From: Octopus vulgaris
Lineage: Eukaryota
Reading direction: 5' to 3'
Length of the DNA: 64,000 nucleotides
NCBI GenBank assembly: GCA_951406725.2
Contig: OX597818.1
Span: 69,378,001 to 69,442,000, forward strand
A model generated the notes under the pieces. It searched no databases and had not been told where the DNA came from. It worked only from the letters and a program-made list of their open reading frames with translations. A program made the translations under genes and the position numbers. Numbering within the stretch: position 1 is the stretch's first letter; every line of letters starts with the position of its first letter. Positions 1-10,532 of this stretch are shown here, in pieces.

Positions 1-1241
1 CCTAGTTATTAGTTTTGGGAACTAAGTCCGAGGCAATCTCCTCTACCATTTCCTGAGCTTAATCAGCAACAGGATTGGGATAGCAGCCTTTGAAACCACT
101 TCATATGATTTATTGATAGCAGTTTTCCTGCTGCCCTTCCCCACTCTCTCTCACTGTATTTCCAAATTCTTTGGGTAGAAAACCCTCAAGAGTCTTTTAC
201 TGCCATAATTGTAGCAGCTGAACTTTTTACCCTCTCCTAACAAGCTCAGTGCTTTTGTCCTTGCACTCAAGAAAGGGAACAGCTCCAAAATGGCCCCATG
301 GTCTTGAGGAGTCATATTGACATGCAAATCCTAAGTAATTCATCCCCTTCAAACTTACCTTTCCCTACCCATCTAATACTGGAGAGAAGACAACATGCCA
401 TTGATCAGTGTTACCATCCTTGATTGTTACCCCTGTGTTGTACTGGCCCAGCTACAGCAGAACCAACCTCTGAGTGTTTAACTCATTATATTTCTACTTT
501 ATATTTTATGTTGCCCTCCTTCCTGAAAACCAGGCTGAAACTATTGGCTTACTTTATGGACAAAATAGCATCCTAAACTTCAACCAGGGTTTTCTTCAAA
601 TTGTCTTTAGAGGGTACACATCCTCCCCTTTTTTGTAAATGTGAATGGCAACTTTTTTATTGTCTACTCTTTGGTAAATTCCTCTCTTACAAGACACAAT
701 CCCTCGTGGCAATTCTTGTCAAAGCTGTTTCTCTCATTTAATTTTGCTTATATCTAAAATTTCTTTATTTAAAATGACATTTCCAAAAGTGTTGTTCTGG
801 CTTTTGCTAATATAGAAGAAGTTGTCAAAATTGCTCTCATTTCCACTAAAGACACCAGATACATCAATATTTTTCTTATCAAGAGTTGTTAATATTTCCT
901 TTTACAATACTTTTCTTTTCTTTTCTTCCTTTTTTTTTCTTTCCTTCTTTTTTTCCATAGCTTCTGTTTAATAACTGCTTATGTTTGTTTGTTTGGCGGG
1001 GGAGGTCGGCTGGTCAACATTTTGTATAACATATCAGCTAACAAGAAAGAATTGTCTAAAATGTCTTTTTTTCTTTTTTAGCAAAAGTAAAAGAATTAAT
1101 TAAAATAAACATTTATGTTTCTTTGAATTAATTCTAATAATAGAATTTATCCTTTTTCAGAACATCATCCCAGAAGGAAATCCAGAATGAGAGTATTGAG
1201 GGTAACATCCAATATTGATAATTACCATTATCCTCGTCACC

Positions 1242-1242
<1 letters not shown>

Positions 1243-1275
<33 letters not shown>

Positions 1276-1280
1276 TAATT
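1243..1280 (+). repeat. (TAA)n microsatellite
   Basis: Direct reading of the sequence; precedes the first Dong-like fragment. Confidence 0.9.
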
Positions 1281-1281
1281 A

Positions 1282-1445
1282 CGGGCTGCAATAAGAGTGG
1301 AGCACTTTCAGAAAACAGCATGGCCTGGAACCGCCCAAATACTCCGGGAGGTGCTTGAAAAATATGGGGTGTTACTTTACTTCACTGGTAGTGAACAACT
1401 GACACCGTAGTACATCTCCAGCATTAGAAGCTGTGCAATGGCAAT
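1282..1445 (+). mobile_element. R4/Dong-clade non-LTR retrotransposon, short 3' terminal fragment
   Basis: gggctgcaataagagtggagcactttcagaaaacagca...ggaaccgc is similar to 3652-3704 of the Dong fragment below and encodes the C-terminal QKTA..GTA motif. Flanked by TAA repeats on both sides. Confidence 0.75.
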
Positions 1446-1446
1446 G

Positions 1447-1498
1447 ATAATAATAATAATAATAATAATATTAATAATAATAATAATAATAATAATAA
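1447..1498 (+). repeat. (TAA)n microsatellite, 5' flank of the long Dong-like element
   Basis: Direct reading of the sequence. Confidence 0.95.
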
Positions 1499-3142
1499 GC
1501 CCTAATAGCCCTAATACCCCTTACAAGTGAATTAAACAGAACAGGGTATGGGTATAGAATTGCCAATAAAAAAATAAGCCATCTATTTTATATGGATGAC
1601 TTAAAACTTTATGGTAAAGACAATAATGAACTTGAAGGCCTATTGCGCACCGTGAAAGCATTCAGCGATGACATCGGGATGGAGTTTGGACTTGAGAAGT
1701 GTGCCAAGGCCACTTTCCAGAAAGGGAAAGTGAAGACCACAAATTCAGTCGTGTTAGATGTTGACACAGTCATAAGAGAGCTTGAGCAAGAACAAACATA
1801 CAAATATTTAGGGATAAATGAAGGCTCTGGTATTCAGCATGCAAGCATGAAAGAGAAAATCAGGAAGGAATGTTATAGGAGAGTTCGTGCAGTCCTGAAA
1901 TCTGAACTAAATGCACGTAACAAGGTGTTAGCTATAAATTCCTTAGCAGTTCCAGTTGTTACTTATAGCTACAATGTGTTGAACTGGAATATGAGTGAAG
2001 TAAAGAATATAGATAGAAAAATACGCAAGCTGCTGAGTTGTAATAGGATGCACCACCCAAAGGCAGACGTAGATCGCCTTTACCTTCCCAGAGCCCAAGG
2101 AGGTCGAGGCCTGATCCAATTTGAACTAGCTTACAAAACAACCACAATTGGACTGGCCAAATATCTCGAAATATCGAATGACTGGATGCTAAAGCTCGTG
2201 GAAAATCACGAGAGACGAAAGAAGCTTCATTCTATTATAAAGGAAAGCAAAAAATTTGCTATTGATCTCATGCAGGATACCCAAACTGAACAACCTGAGG
2301 GAAGTACGGCAACTATTGTTGCAAAGAAGGTGAAAATGATGGCAATGAAAAAAGCACACGAGCAATTGGCTGATAGGTGGGAGGAGAAACCTCTGCACGG
2401 CAAATATGTGCCCCGCAGCAAACAAGCTGATGTTGACCAGAAGCAAACCCATCAGTGGCTACGGAGCTCAGGGCTAAAAGCAGAGAGCGAAGGTTTCATC
2501 CTGGCTGCTCAAGATCAAAGCCTATTAACCCGGAACTACCAGGCCAATGTGATGAAAAATGGAGCAGACCCAAAATGCCGATTCTGCAATGACATGATTG
2601 AAACAGTGGCCCACCTAATCTCTGGATGTAAAATCTTAGCACCAGTGGAGTATAAATTAAGACATGACAGAGTTGGCCAATATCTACACTGGCTAATAAG
2701 TCGGCATTACAATATCAAAACTGCCGACAAGTGGTATAATCACCACCCCGAGGCTGTAACTGAAGGAGAAAATGTAACCATTCTGTGGGACTTTCCAGTA
2801 CATACAGACCGAACCATCAAGGCCAATAAACCAGATATTGTTGTGAAAGACCAAAACAATAAAGTTTGCTTATTGATCGACATGAGCATCCCCTGTGATC
2901 ATAATATCTCAGCGAAAGAGTTTGACAAGCTCAGAAAATATAAAGACCTACTCATTGAAATTGAGAAAATGTGGCATCTCAAGGCGGTTACAATACCAGT
3001 GATCGTAGGAGCACTAGGAATGATCAAGAAGGGAACCGAAAATTATATGAGAATGATCCCTGGCTTACCATCCCTGCAAGAAGTGCAAAAGATTGTCTTA
3101 ACTGGTACATCACACATATTGAGAAGAGCATTGTCGATGTGA
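1499..3142 (+). CDS. Truncated RT / CCHC zinc finger / restriction-like endonuclease polyprotein of an R4/Dong element (ORF track starts at internal Met 1592)
   Basis: Frame is open from 1499 (ALIPLTSELNRTGYGY...SHLFYMDDLKL, the RT YxDD motif). Then YKYLG, CRFC...ETVAHLISGC (CCHC), RHD, KPDIVV...LLIDMSIP and KLRKY (PD-(D/E)xK RLE). The RT N-terminal half is missing. Confidence 0.93.
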   Translation, partial: ALIALIPLTSELNRTGYGYRIANKKISHLFYMDDLKLYGKDNNELEGLLRTVKAFSDDIGMEFGLEKCAKATFQKGKVKTTNSVVLDVDTVIRELEQEQTYKYLGINEGSGIQHASMKEKIRKECYRRVRAVLKSELNARNKVLAINSLAVPVVTYSYNVLNWNMSEVKNIDRKIRKLLSCNRMHHPKADVDRLYLPRAQGGRGLIQFELAYKTTTIGLAKYLEISNDWMLKLVENHERRKKLHSIIKESKKFAIDLMQDTQTEQPEGSTATIVAKKVKMMAMKKAHEQLADRWEEKPLHGKYVPRSKQADVDQKQTHQWLRSSGLKAESEGFILAAQDQSLLTRNYQANVMKNGADPKCRFCNDMIETVAHLISGCKILAPVEYKLRHDRVGQYLHWLISRHYNIKTADKWYNHHPEAVTEGENVTILWDFPVHTDRTIKANKPDIVVKDQNNKVCLLIDMSIPCDHNISAKEFDKLRKYKDLLIEIEKMWHLKAVTIPVIVGALGMIKKGTENYMRMIPGLPSLQEVQKIVLTGTSHILRRALSM

Positions 3143-3322
3143 GAACTGTTGCTGCTCATGTATTTTAATTTAACTTTAAAAAAAAAAAAAAAAAAAAATG
3201 AACGAACTAGTGAGTTTGGTTTAATGGCCTACCAATGTATACTATGAGTTTCTTTGCCCTAGGAGTCGGGAAGACACTCGGCAAGAAATGGAAGCAAATT
3301 TGAAAGAAGAAAAAAAAAAAAA
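1499..3322 (+). mobile_element. 5'-truncated R4/Dong-clade (RLE-type) non-LTR retrotransposon with 3' UTR and A-rich tail
   Basis: Unbroken ORF, ~180-bp 3' UTR and an A-run merging into (TAA)n. TAA tracts on both sides. GCCCTAATA is duplicated at the 5' junction. Confidence 0.92.
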
Positions 3323-3339
3323 ATAATAATAATAATAAA

Positions 3340-3708
3340 AGTGGTACAAACATAAACCCAAAGGCATCATGAAAAATGATAATGCAAAGATCCTATGAGA
3401 TTTTATAATTCAGTGTGACCATGAAATAGAAAATAGGAAACCAGACATAGTCTTAATTGAGAAAGAAAGCAAACGATGCTGGATCATGCCCAGCTGACAA
3501 CAAGGTGTACAATAAGGAAGAAAGAAAAGTGGAGAGATATGACAGGTTAGTTTGGGAGGTTAAGCAGTTGTGGTCAATGAAAAAGGTACCAATAATTGTT
3601 GGAGCCCTGGGAACAGTGAGTAAAACTCTTGAGAAGTACATGGAACAAATAGGGGCTGCAATAAGGATGGAGCACTTGCAAAAAACAGCACTGCTTGGAA
3701 CCGCTCGA
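3340..3708 (+). mobile_element. Degenerate R4/Dong fragment (RLE region), second subfamily
   Basis: Translates as WYKHKPKG...KIL*DFIIQCDHEIENRKPDIVLI and KVPIIVGALGTVSKTLEKYMEQIG...LQKTALLGTAR. Begins right after a TAA tract. Confidence 0.85.
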
Positions 3709-3885
3709 TTTACTCTCCAGTCTTCATCAGGTGTCCTTTTAGAATTTTGAACCCAGCCCTGGGTTCTCATTCCAAAGATATTTTTTGTTGATGTTATTAT
3801 TATTATTATTATTTATTCAAGGCGCTGCCTGGAATTGAACTCACAATCTTGGGGTTATTAACCCGCACTCTTAACCATTATGCTA
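3709..3885 (-). mobile_element. tRNA-headed SINE-like element with the 5' half of a hammerhead core (3'-truncated)
   Basis: Minus strand: A box TAGCATAATGG (3885-3875), B box GTTCAATTC (3840-3832), (AAT)n linker, body, then ACAC-CTGATGA (core at 3730-3724). Confidence 0.7.
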
Positions 3886-3887
3886 AT

Positions 3888-3890
<3 letters not shown>

Positions 3891-3953
<63 letters not shown>

Positions 3954-3985
3954 TAATAATAATAACAATAATAATAACAACAACA
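3891..3985 (+). repeat. (TAA)n/(CAA)n microsatellite
   Basis: Direct reading of the sequence. Confidence 0.95.
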
Positions 3986-4175
3986 TTAGCAAAAAATACC
4001 TTAGGAATGAGAACCCAGGGTTGAGTTCAAAATTTTATTGGGACACCTGATGAAGGCTGGAGAGTAAAGCAGTCACAATGTTGTGGTAACAACAAACAAG
4101 ATAACGACAAATATCTGTCCAATGTAAATAATGTAAATAATGTGCAGAATTCCTCATCTCTAAAATATAGAACAG
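3986..4175 (+). mobile_element. Second, inverted copy of the hammerhead-bearing repeat body (degenerate ribozyme)
   Basis: Reverse-complement match to 3709-3795. CTGATGA at 4047-4053, stem II GGCTG/CAGTC, GAAA replaced by ACAA. Confidence 0.7.
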
Positions 4176-4189
4176 TGAATAAGTATATT

Positions 4190-4400
4190 GGTTTCAAATT
4201 TTGACTCAAGGCCAAATTGTTGGGGATGGATAAGTCAACTACATCAATCCCTGTACATGACTGGTACTTCTTTTATTGACCCTTGAAAGGACGAAAGGCA
4301 AAGGTGACCTCTGTGGCATTTAAATTCAGAATGTGAAAATGGACAAAATAATGCCAAGTATTTTGTCTGGCATGGTGACCATTCTGCCAGTTTGCCACCA
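4190..4400 (-). mobile_element. tRNA-derived SINE family B (Meta/MESC-like central domain)
   Basis: ctggtactt...attgaccc..gaaaggacgaaaggcaaaggtgacctc motif is shared with copies at about 11510, 23000, 23420, 29610, 58680 and 61980. Confidence 0.75.
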
Positions 4401-4890
4401 CGATTGCTTACACCAATGGCTTTGTTTTCTCAGGGATAGTGATTGGGGTTGAAACTCTTGCCTAAGGTTCTATGCAGTGGGAATGAACCTCAGACCAGAT
4501 GGTTTTCAATCAAACTTCTCACATGTCCAACCATGCCAGCAACCATTAAAGCAACACTACATCAATCGATCAATTCTTTGTTTAGAGGTCTGTAAGATTT
4601 TAAAGGAAGCTGGGAGTGCGGCAGTTATGGCAGAGGAATAGAGAAGAAAAGATATGGAACCAGTGATGACCAAATGGCGTTAGGTTAGCACAGCACACAC
4701 AATATACTTTCCTCGTTTATCAATGAAACACTTCTTCCTTTTGTTTTCCCTTCAAACATTTCATTCTTTATTTCTTTTTGCTTTTCGTTTTGGCTTATTT
4801 TCACTTTTTCTTTTCATCAGACTTTTTGAAGTGAAGGTAGCAACTGTACGAGTGACTCCGATAACACAGACTGAATCTATGGCAGCTGTA

Positions 4891-5159
4891 AAGGGAGGGG
4901 AGATGGGGGGTGAGGGAGGGAGGGAGGGGAGGGGGGTGAAAGAAAGAAGAGAGAGGGGGGGATGGAGAGAAGGGAGAGGAGGAAGAGAAAGAGAAGTGAG
5001 ATAGAGAGAAGAGAGGGAGAAGTGAGTGAGGGGGCTGAGACAGAGAGTGAAGTAAGAGAGAGGGTAAGAGAAGAGAGAGAAAGAGAGAGAAAAGTGAGAG
5101 AGAGGGGTGAGAGAGAAGGGGAGAGAGAAACGAGGGAGAGAAGTGGAGTGTGTGTGTGT

Positions 5160-5190
<31 letters not shown>
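4891..5190 (+). repeat. GA-rich low-complexity / (GA)n tract
   Basis: Direct reading of the sequence. Confidence 0.9.
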
Positions 5191-5192
<2 letters not shown>

Positions 5193-5594
5193 TATACTTA
5201 GATATTTCAAATTATGAAATTTGCCTTTGTTGTTCTTAATAAGAGAAGTGATTTCGTTGGTTGTTTAAAGAAATTTGTCTGAAACATTTGTAATTATAAT
5301 GTATTAATAATTATTGCAGCAAGGTATAAACACCATTGGGGAGTATATTCCACACTATAATACAGGTGATTAACACCAGAAGCAGATAGATCTAAAGAAT
5401 TATTGGTGATAATAAGTGATACTTCTGAGCACTGATTAAATTGCGACGACTGTTTAACACTGGAAGAGGAGTTGCTGTTTTTGTTTATCGTAACAGAGCT
5501 GGTGGGTGTCTGGTTGGGTGTGTGTCTTTAACAAGATAAAAGTATATGTATGTAGATTTATATACATACTTATATATATATGTATATAAATATA

Positions 5595-5651
<57 letters not shown>

Positions 5652-5678
5652 ATATATATATGTATATATATATATGTA

Positions 5679-6500
5679 CAGGGTGCGGTGAATAAACTGT
5701 TGTCTAAATTACACAAAAATGAAAATAACACTGACATCTCATTTTAAAAGATATATTTACTAAAATTACATAAAAATATCTACAGGCTCCAGACATGTTT
5801 GGAATCTCCTGCAACTCTTCTGGATGGTCTCCTTGTTTAAGTTGGTGAATGCTGTCTTCAGTTCATCTTTGATGTTACAAGGGAGTTTTGTTGGCCTCTC
5901 ACTCAACTGCATCCTACATATAATAATCAAGTGGGTTGCAGTGTGGGGAGTTGGGTGGCCAGATGTTAGGGGTGGTGTTGTCACAGAAATTGACTGACAG
6001 CTAGGACTGGGTTCTCCAGCTTATGTGGCATGGTGCAGAGTCCTGTTACCAGATATAGGGTCTTCCAGTAGACACCCACTTAAGGGCAGCACTACCTCCT
6101 CCAGGCACTTGATGTAAGCCTCCTTGTTGAGTGTGAGGCCATGTGGAAAGATGAATGGTGGCATAACATCGCCATCACCAGTGATCATGCCAAAACACCA
6201 TGATGTTGACTGGATGTTTGATTTTTATCCCTCTCAGTACATGTCCTCAGATTGCACTGTCCACAGACTGATACCCAAACACTTTGAAATGTCCGTAATG
6301 CAGCTTCTGGCGCAAATGCCAAGCAGTACAGTATGTTGTTTCCAAATTTCTGCTAAAGTGAATTGCCTCATGGTGCTGTTTTTTCTCACAGATGGTGCCC
6401 AACTGACCCTACTATACGATGTAGTTGACAAAATCAAAAACAATGTGCATGCATGAAATTACAAATATAAATTTTTCAACAATTTACCCATCACACCTTG
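5679..6500 (-). mobile_element. Internally deleted Tc1/mariner-superfamily (maT/DD37D-like) DNA transposon
   Basis: Imperfect TIRs CAGGGTGCGGTGAATAAACTGTTG / CAACAATTTACCCATCACACCTTG with TA on each side. Minus strand encodes RPYIW*QDSAPCH and WPPNSPHCNPLDYY. Confidence 0.85.
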
Positions 6501-6700
6501 TATGTATGTATGTATGTATTCTATGTATGCATGTATGTATGTATGTATGTATGTATATATATATTTATATATATGCATGTATATGTATATGTGTGTGTAT
6601 GTATGTATGTATACATATATATATATATATATATGGAAGTATGTGTGTATGTATTATACACACTATACAAACACACACATATGCATATATATATACATAC

Positions 6701-7088
6701 GCAGGAGTGGCTGTGTGGTAAGTAGCTTGCTTACCAACCACACAGTTCAGGGTTCAGTCCCACTGCGTGGCACCTTGGGCAAGTGTCTTCTACTATAGCC
6801 TTGGGCCGACCAAAGCCTTGTGAGTGGATTTGGTAGATGGAAACTGAAAGAAGCCCGTCGTATATATATATATGTATATATATGTGTGTGTGTGTGTTTG
6901 TGTGTCTGTGTTTGTCTCCCCAACATCGCTTGACAACCGATGCTGGTGTGTTTATGTCCCTGTTACTTAGCGGTTCAGCAAAAGAGACCGATAGGCTTAC
7001 AAAGAATAAGTCCTGGGGACAATTTGCTCGACTAAAAAGGCAGTGCTCCAGCATGGCCGCAGTCAAATGACTGAAACAAGTAAAGAGA
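6701..7088 (+). mobile_element. tRNA-derived SINE family A, near full length
   Basis: tRNA-like head (TGGCTGTGTGGTAAG...GGTTCAGTCCC), body ...aaagccttgtgagtggatttggtaga..., internal TA/TG repeat, tail ...aatgactgaaacaagtaaagaga. More than 10 copies in this window. Confidence 0.88.
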
Positions 7089-7140
7089 TACACACACACA
7101 CACACATATATATACATACATATATATATGTGTGTGTGTG

Positions 7141-7177
<37 letters not shown>

Positions 7178-7513
7178 ACACACACATGTATATATATTTG
7201 TGTGTCCACATGCATACATATACATATGCATAGATACATGTATATGTTTGTGATGATGGGAATTGCCATTATCCCTGAGAATAACACTTAAAGACTTGGT
7301 TCTCTGATCTGCTGCTTAATGTCGCTGTTGTCCCCAGTCATTAGAGCTCATTAAGTACTTCAGTTAATAATGTGATAACCTGTGCAACATTATCTTGTAA
7401 AAATTATCTTAGTGTTGATAACAATCCGACATAAAATGGTTATCGGACACAAAACTGGAGAAAGAGATTGAAAGGACAGCAATAATTTCCCAAGAGAGAA
7501 GTGCTGGGTTTTT

Positions 7514-7525
7514 AATAATAATAAT

Positions 7526-7588
<63 letters not shown>
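7514..7588 (+). repeat. (TAA)n microsatellite without an insertion
   Basis: Direct reading of the sequence. Confidence 0.95.
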
Positions 7589-7589
<1 letters not shown>

Positions 7590-7719
7590 TTTTGATGTTT
7601 TATGAAGCAGTATTAGATCAATGCCAGCTTCATTGGTGACATGGTTCTCAGAAAACTGCACCAAAATCATTCATTTAGGATTAGTGACAGTTGAGTTATT
7701 GTCTGCAAGTTGTTCTGGA

Positions 7720-8200
7720 AGTGACATCTTCTGTTTTATTCATAAATGGTAAATATGTCTATAACCTATCAGGTGTGACTTACAAACTGCTGCCGCTTGT
7801 AAGGTATATCCATTTCAACAGAAAATTGGTAAATATGATGATAAATTAACAGAGTAACTTAGAGACTGCTAAATTATAGAGGCAACATCTCGTGTTTAAT
7901 TTTAAAAATGGTAAATTCAGTGAGGAATTATTTAGCATGACTTACAACTTTTGAATAACCTGAGGTGTTCTTTATCATTCATTAAAGGTAAGTTAGATTA
8001 TAAATCACCAGGTATGACATAAAGTCTGAGAAGTCATGGAATCAAAGTGTTCAACCAGGGTGTTCTGTCTCATTAAGAAATGGTCTTAATTAATTTAGTA
8101 GCATAAGTTAACAGACTACTCAGTCTTGTAAAAGAAATGTTCTTTTACATGCTCTAAGAGTGGTGAGTTGATAAATTCACAGCAGGTAACTTACAGGTGA
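7720..8200 (+). repeat. Highly diverged ~80-bp tandem repeat, about 6 units
   Basis: AAATGGTAAAT-like anchors with GGT at 7748, 7828, 7910, 7987, 8082 and 8162. In five units a T(G/A)AC(T/A)TA motif lies 25-28 nt later. Confidence 0.55.
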
Positions 8201-8457
8201 ATCATGTAGGTAAAGCAATCAACAGGTAAAAAGAGAAAATATTGTGACAATACAGAAGTTCAACTGTGTTCAAATAAATAATTAAGATAATTTAGCATAT
8301 GAAGTACTCAGAAATGTAATTATGAGAAAGGGAACATGTTGTGTACAGATGAACAACAGTGTTGAAGTCCTGTGGGAGAAGTGTAGAATTCCATGTACTT
8401 AAGTGTATAATTTAGTTCAAAGAGGTGTCAGTAATCACCATATATTCGTTGTTCATT

Positions 8458-8683
8458 TGTTCTTTTTACTTGTTTCAGTCATTGGACTGTGCCCATGATG
8501 GAGCATCTTCTTGAAGGGTTTCAGCAAGCAAATTATCTCCAAATTTATATTAAGGCTGGTATTTATCTTATCAGTCTCATTTTGCTGAGCTACTAAGTTA
8601 CAGGAATGTAAACAAAGAACACTAGTTATCTATTGGGGAGGGATAAACATAAAGATACATATACAGACACTCAGACACACACT

Positions 8684-8725
<42 letters not shown>

Positions 8726-8990
8726 ACAATTACACACATACAGCTATGCTTCTGTGTGTGTCTGTGTGTTTGTTTAGGGCCTGTATCTGTCCCCCAGCAC
8801 CACTTCACAGCTGGTGTTGATGTGTTTATGTCCCTGTAACTTAGCAGTTCAGCATAAGAGACTGATAGAATAATTACCAAGTTTAAACAGAAAATAAATG
8901 CTGGTGGGGCAATGTATTCAACTAAAATTCTTCATGGCTTTGCTCCAGAATGGCCACGATCTCACAACTGAAACAAGCAAAAGATGAAAG
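8458..8990. mobile_element. Inverted pair of SINE family A 3' halves joined through (CA)n/(TG)n
   Basis: 8458-8720 matches the family A tail on the minus strand; 8750-8990 matches it on the plus strand. Confidence 0.75.
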
Positions 8991-10532
8991 ACACAAATTA
9001 TTCTCTTGCTGCCTCGTCCACGTTTTCTTGCAAAATGTTACAGACTTTAGATTAATAAAAACCTTAATAAAACAATGACAAATTACTTGCTAAATGGAAA
9101 AAAGCCATTTTTAATTTTATTTCTAAAAATTACATTCTCCTATCTGAAATAATTAAAATGTGTATATAAGTGGAATATAAAAGATTTATGGAATCTATTA
9201 TAAGCAACAAAACCCCAGAAAGTGTTTTTATTTTATAGAAATAAGAGAATTAAAAATTGAAATAATCTCAACTAATTTCTAATAACATTTTAAGAAATAA
9301 TAAATATTCAAAAAAGCAATCAGAATGGACACAAATGTGTAGTGTGAAATTGGTTGTATTTTTCCAATTCTTAAAATTAAAATAAAGAAATATGGTGCCA
9401 AGTTTATTCTGCTTGAATTCAAAGTTTGACTTTCAATTATAATTCCAGCTTTATGAACCGAAAATTATAAAGTTACATATTTTTGCAGTTATTACATTAA
9501 ACTTTCGATGTTTTTCCCTTTCTTTTTTTGTGTATTTTATCTTTATTCTTTATTTCTTCTTCACTGGTATACTTCGTATAAATCTGATAGAGGTGGAATA
9601 ATGTTTGCTTTTTAAATTTTGGTGGAAAATATATATTCTTGAAATCTATAAATTTTGTTTTCTTTTCTTTTAAGTTCGCTTCTTGAAATGTTGTCATGTC
9701 TCTTTTTATTTTTCATGTTGGTGACTTCTAATGAAGAATCGTTGCAAGAGAAACACCTTATTTTTCAATACATATCAAAAGATTATTGATTTTTATTCTT
9801 CTTTTGTTTTTCTTTTTTTTTATATTTCGGCAGAAGACCAGGAATTTATATGAGGAGTGAAAGAGAATGTATGATGTTTATGCTGGCATAAACGAACTGG
9901 CTTCAATAGAGAACCAAAACTTGCTTGCGGGCTTGGTTCACAGGAAGTTTACCATTTAAGAAGAACACATATGCAAACAAACACACCATATTATTGGAAC
10001 TTTCTGTTTCAATGCAATATTTCTCAGCATGAAGAACTGGAGTTGATTTAATTCTCCCCTCCCAACCACCTCTAAAATGTGACGCTTTGTAAGAAAGCAA
10101 TACTTTCTCCATCTTAGTCATTAGCAATAAACCTACCCTGTTTTTAAGAGATGATTTTATCACGGTTTTTGATCATAAAGTAGTGTTTGACCAAGACTGG
10201 CTACTAAACAACAACATTTAACCAAATCATTCTGAGTCTATCCCAACCTCACCCAGTGCCATGGTTGTCTGTCTTGATGTGGTTGGAACTCATCTGGCTT
10301 TCCAAGACATTTTCATTGAAACTCTAGCGTAAGATTTTTCTTTGGCTGAGACACTCATCTATACAGAGTGTGACTGATATTCGCTTTCAGACGAATGTAT
10401 TGGAACAATGTAAAATGGAGAGACTTGCTGAAGGACACAACACACAGCCAAGTCAAAAATCGAACCCTTGACCGAATGCTAACCACCAATGACCCAGTGC
10501 TAGCTACATGAGCTTCTTTCAATAGTGGATCT

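Noticed and set aside
1592-3142. Stand-alone 516-aa host gene or domesticated RT starting at Met 1592
   Set aside because: The Met is the M of the YMDD motif, the frame extends upstream to the truncation point, and half of the RT is missing. A 5'-truncated insertion explains it.
6701-6775. tRNA gene candidates (also 3815-3885, 14870-14935 and 46405-46480)
   Set aside because: These are A/B-box heads of SINEs: the cloverleaf is imperfect and each continues into a repeat body.
7744-8200. C2H2 zinc-finger array (84-bp period, GGTAAAT motif)
   Set aside because: No Cys/His spacing or TGEKPY linker in the frames read from the anchors, and motif spacing differs. Kept only as an unidentified repeat.
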